A DNA stretch of 64,000 nt, from the NCBI GenBank assembly GCA_964016885.1, contig OZ024756.1:4402001-4466000 (forward strand), written 5' to 3'. This document shows, piece by piece, positions 57,801 to 64,000 of this stretch. The stretch's first letter is position 1. Each line of letters starts with the position of its first letter. The translations under genes and the position numbers were made by a program. The notes beneath the pieces were generated by a model. The model saw only the letters and a list, made by a program, of their open reading frames with translations. It had not been told where the DNA came from and searched no databases. Origin of the DNA: Eledone cirrhosa (lineage: Eukaryota).

Positions 57801-60800
57801 ATACTGGAGATATACTGGAGATATACTGGGGATATACTATGATATACTGGAGTTATACTAGATATATATTGGAGATATACTGGAGATATACTGGAGATAT
57901 ACTGAATATATATTGGAGATATACTGGAGATATACTGGGGATATACTGCAGATATACTGGAGATATACTACGGATATACTGGAGATATACTGGAGACATA
58001 TTGAAGATATACTGTAGATATACTGGAGATACACAGGAGATATACTGGGGATATACTGGAGATATACTGGAGATATACTAGACATATCCTGGGGTTACAC
58101 TGGAGATATACTGGTGATATATTGGAGATATACTAAGATATACTGGAGATATACTGGAGATATACTGGAGATATACTGGAGATATACTGGGGATTTACTG
58201 GAGATATACTGGAGATATACTGGAGATATACTGGAGATATACTGGAGATATACTGGAGATATACCTGAGATATACCTGAGAGATACCTGAGATATACTGG
58301 AGACATACTGGAGATAAACTAGGCATATACTGGAGATATACTGGAGATATACTGAGGATATACTGGAGATATACTGGAGATATACTAAAGATATACTGGA
58401 GAAATACTGGAGATATATACTGGGGCTATACTGGAGATATGCTAGGGATATACTGGAGATATACTGAGGATATACTAGAGACATATTGAAGATATACTGT
58501 AGATATACTGGAGACATATTGAAGATATACTGGAGATGTACTAGAAATATACTGGAGATATACTGGGGATATACTAGAGATATACAGGAGATATACTACA
58601 GATATACTGGATATATACTGGGGTTATACTGGAGATATACAGGAGATATAGTGGAGATATACTGGATATATATTGGAGATATACTGGAGATATACTGGGC
58701 ATATACTGGAGATATACTGGAGATATACTGGAGATATACTGGAGATATACCTAGGATATACCTGAGATATACTGGAGACATACTGGAAATAAACTAGGCA
58801 TATATTGGAGATATACTGGAGATATATACTGGGGATATACTGGAGATATACTGGGCATACTGGAGATATACTAGGGTTATACTGGAGACATACTGGAGAT
58901 ATACTGGGGATATACTGGAGATATGCTAGGGATATACTGGAGATATACTGAGGATATACTGGAGAGATATTGAAGATATACTGTAGATATACTGGAGACA
59001 TATTGAAGATATACTGGAGATATACTAGAGATATACTGGAGATATACTGGGGATATACTGGAGATATACAGGAGATATACTACAGATATACTGTATATAT
59101 ACTGGGGTTATACTGGAGATATACAGGAGATATACTGGAGATATACTGGAGATATACTGGAGATATACTGGAGATATACTGGAGATATACTGGAGATAAA
59201 CTGGAGATATACTGGAGATATACTGAATATATATTGGAGATATACTGGAGATATACTGGAGATAAACAGGAGATATACTGGAGATATACTGGAGATAAAC
59301 TGGAGATATACTGAATATATATTGGAGATATACTGGAGATATACTGGAGATATACTGGAGATATACTGGAGATATACTGGAGATATACTGGAGATATAGT
59401 GGAGATATACTGGAGATATACTGGAGATATACTGGAGATATACTGGAGATATACTGGAGATATACTGGAGATATACTGGAGATATAATGGAGATATATTG
59501 GAGATATACTGGAGATATACTGGAGATATACTGAAGATATACTGGAGATAAACAGTAGATATACTGGAGATAAACTGGAGATATACTAAAGATATATTGG
59601 AGATATACTAAGATATTATGGAGAAATACTGGAGATATATACTGGGGATATACTGGAGATATATTGGGGCATACTGGAGATATACTAGGGTTATACTGGA
59701 GACATACTGGAGATATACTGGATATACTGCAGATATACTGGAGATACACTGGAGATACACTGGAGATATAGTGGAGATATACTGGAGATATACTGGAAAT
59801 ATACTGGAGATATATTGGAGATATACTGAATATATTCTGGAGATAAACTGGAGATATACTGGACATATACTGGAGATATACTCGAGATATACTGAAGATA
59901 TATTGGAGATATACTAAGATATACTGGAGAAATACTGGGGATATATACTGGGGATATACTGAACATATACTGGGGTATACTGTAGATATACTGGAGATAA
60001 ACTGGAGATAAACTGGAGATATACTGGAGATATACTGGAGATATACTGGAGATATACTGAAGATATCCTGGAGGCATATTGAAAATATACTGGAGATATA
60101 CTGGGGATATACTGGAGATATACAGGAGATATACTACAGATATACTCGATATATACTGGGGTTATACTGGTGATATACAGGAGATATACTGGAGATATAC
60201 TGGAGATATACTGGAGATATATTGGAGATATACTGGAGATATACTGGAGATATACTGAAAATATACTGGAGATATACTGGAGATATACTGGAGATAAACT
60301 GGAGATATCCTGGAGATATATTGGAGATATACTGGAGATATACTGGAAAATATACTAACGATATTTTGGAGATATACTAAGATATACTGGAGAAAGACTT
60401 GAGATATATACTGGGGATATACTGGAGATATACTGGGGCATACTGGAGATATACTAGGGTTATACTGGAGACATACTGGAGATATACTGGAGATATACTG
60501 GGGATATACTATGATATACTGGAGTTATACTAGATATATATTGGAGATATACTGGAGATATACTGGAGATATACTGAATATATATTGGAGATATACTGGA
60601 GATATACTGGGGATATACTGCAGATATACTGGAGATATACTACGGATATACTGGAGATATACTGGAGACATATTGAAGATATACTGTAGATATACTGGAG
60701 ATACACAGGAGATATACTGGGGATATACTGGAGATATACTGGAGATATACTAGACATATCCTGGGGTTACACTGGAGATATACTGGAGATATATTGGAGA

Positions 60801-63800
60801 TTTACTAAGATATACTGGAGATATACTGGATATATATTGGAGATATACTGGAGATATACTGGGGATTTACTGGAGATATACTGGAGATATACTGGAGATA
60901 TACTGGAGATATACTGGAGATATACTGGAGATATACCTGAGATATACCTGAGATATACCTGAGATATACTGGAGACATACTGGAGATAAACTAGGCATAT
61001 ACTGGAGATATACTGGAGATATACTGAGGATATACTGGAGATATACTGGAGATATACTAAAGATATACTGGAGAAATACTGGAGATATATACTGGGGCTA
61101 TACTGGAGATATGCTAGGGATATACTGGAGATATACTGAGGATATACTAGAGACATATTGAAGATATACTGGAGATATACTGGAGACATATTGAAGATAT
61201 ACTGGAGATATACTAGAAATATACTGGAGATATACTGGGGATATACTAGAGATATACAGGAGATATACTACAGATATACTGGATATATACTGGGGTTATA
61301 CTGGAGATATACAGGAGATATAGTGGAGATATACTGGATATATATTGGAGATATACTGGAGATATACTGGGGATATACTGGAGATATACTGGAGATATAC
61401 TGGAGATATACTGGAGATATACCTGAGATATACCTGAGATATACTGGAGACATACTGGAGATAAACTAGGCATATACTGGAGATATACTGGAGATATATA
61501 CTGGGGATATACTGGAGATATACTGGGCATACTGGAGATATACTAGGGTTATACTGGAGACATACTGGAGATATACTGGGGATATACTGGAGATATGCTA
61601 GGGATATACTGGAGATATACTGAGGATATACTGGAGACATATTGAAGATATACTGTAGATATACTGGAGACATATTGAAGATATACTGGAGATATACTAG
61701 AGATGTACTGGAGATATACTGGGGATATACTGGAGATATACTGGAGATATACAGGAGATATACTACAGATATACTGGATATATACTGGGGTTATACTGGA
61801 GATATACAGGAGATATACTGGAGATATACTGGAGATATATTGGAGATATACTGGAGATATACTGGAGATATACTGGAGATAAACTGGAGATATACTGGAG
61901 ATATACTGAATATATATTGGAGATATACTGGAGATATACTGGAGATAAACAGGAGATATACTGGAGATATACTGGAGATAAACTGGAGATATACTGGAGA
62001 TATACTGGAGATATACTGGAGATATACTGAATATATATTGGAGATATACTGGAGATATACTGGAGATAAACAGGAGATATACTGGAGATAAACTGGAGAT
62101 ATACTGAATATATATTGGAGATGTACTGGAGATATACTGGAGATATAGTGGAGATATACTGGAGATATACTGGAGATATACTGGAGATATACTGGAGATA
62201 TACTGGAGATATAATGGAGATATATTGGAGATATACTGGAGATATACTGGAGATATACTGAAGATATACTGGAGATAAACAGGAGATATACTGGAGATAA
62301 ACTGGAGATATACTAAAGATATATTGGAGATATATTAAGATATTATGGAGAAATACTGGAGATATATACTGGGGATATACTGGAGATATACTAGGGTTAT
62401 ACTGGAGATATACTAGGGTTATACTGGAGACATACTGGAGATACACTGGAGATATAGTGCAGATATACTGGAGATATACTGGAAATATACTGGAGATATA
62501 TTGGAGATATACTGGAGATATACTGAATATATTCTGGAGATAAACTGGAGATATACTGGACATATACTGGAGATATACTCGAGATATACTGAAGATATAT
62601 TGGAGATATACTAAGATATACTGGGGAAATACTGGGGATATATACTGGGGATATACTGAACATATACTGGGGTATACTGTAGATATACTGGAGATAAACT
62701 GGAGATAAACTGGAGATATACTGGAGATATACTGGAGATATACTGAAGATATCCTGGAGGCATATTGAAAATATACTGGAGATATACTGGGGATATACTG
62801 GAGATATACAGGAGATATACTACAGATATACTCGATATATACTGGGGTTATACTGGTGATATACAGGAGATATACTGGAGATATACTGGAGATATACTGG
62901 AGATATATTGGAGATATACTGGAGATATACTGGAGATATACTGAAAATATACTGGAGATATACTGGAGATATACTGGAGATAAACTGGAGATATCCTGGA
63001 GATATATTGGAGATATACTGGAGATATACTGGAAAATATACTAACGATATTTTGGAGATATACTAAGATATACTGGAGAAACACTTGAGATATATACTGG
63101 GGATATACTGGAGATATACTGGGGCATACTGGAGATATACTAGTGTTATACTGGAGACATACTGGAGATATACTGGACATATACTGGGGATATACTATGA
63201 TATACTGGAGTTATACTAGATATATATTGGAGATATACTGGAGATATACTGGAGATATACTGAATATATATTGGAGATATACTGGAGATATACTGGGGAT
63301 ATACTGCAGATATACTGGAGATATACTACGGATATACTGGAGATATACTGGAGACATATTGAAGATATACTGTAGATATACTGGAGATACACAGGAGATA
63401 TACTGGGGATATACTGGAGATATACTGGAGATATACTAGACATATCCTGGGGTTACACTGGAGATATACTGGAGATATATTGGAGATATACTAAGATATA
63501 CTGGAGATATACTGGATATATATTGGAGATATACTGGAGATATACTGGGGATTTACTGGAGATATACTGGAGATATACTGGAGATATACTGGAGATATAC
63601 TGGAGATATACTGGAGATATACCTGAGATATACCTGAGATATACCTGAGATATACTGGAGACATACAGGAGATAAACTAGGCATATACTGGAGATATACT
63701 GGAGATATACTGAGGATATACTGGAGATATACTGGAGATATACTAAAGATATACTGGAGAAATACTGGAGATATATACTGGGGCTATACTGGAGATATGC

Positions 63801-64000
63801 TAGGGATATACTGGAGATATACTGAGGATATACTAGAGACATATTGAAGATATACTGGAGATATACTGGAGACATATTGAAGATATACTGGAGATATACT
63901 AGAAATATACTGGAGATATACTGGGGATATACTAGAGATATACAGGAGATATACTACAGATATACTGGATATATACTGGGGTTATACTGGAGATATACAG
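39881..64000. repeat. Satellite DNA, 11-bp monomer ATATACTGGAG, more than 24 kb, with higher-order repeats
   Basis: About 2,200 monomers. Diagnostic variant blocks recur at ~2.7-kb spacing after ~52 kb. The array runs off the window end. Confidence 0.98.

Noticed and set aside
39881-64000. Repetitive proteins such as (YTGDILEIYWR)n or (ISPVYLQYISS)n
   Set aside because: These are artefacts of an 11-bp stop-free monomer. Frames break at random and there is no coding signal.

Overview
This is repeat-dominated animal genomic DNA with no recognisable intact host gene. The tRNA-derived SINEs and dense (TA)n/(CA)n/(CCA)n tracts resemble cephalopod (Octopus-like) DNA, which is an inference. Positions 1-39,880 are a mosaic of microsatellites and retroelement relics. 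These include L1/Tx1-like and CR1-like LINE fragments, a CRE-like LINE fragment whose endonuclease region has expanded into a 46-copy 68-bp minisatellite, two Penelope-like elements (PLEs; one Nematis-like with an open RT-GIY-YIG frame, one Naiad-like and degraded), and many SINEs. Positions 39,881-64,000 are an 11-bp satellite (ATATACTGGAG)n with a ~2.7-kb higher-order repeat. The most notable signal is a set of short non-coding elements from several unrelated families, sitting in (TA)n tracts. Many are fold-back palindromes with arms from ~30 to ~580 bp. Most carry a minimal type I hammerhead ribozyme motif, including U4C and U3-A8 core variants. Many end in an unpaired 3' tail with a shared, covarying RCTC...GAGY stem that is also present in the coding PLE. 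All identifications were made by eye, without database searches or folding software.
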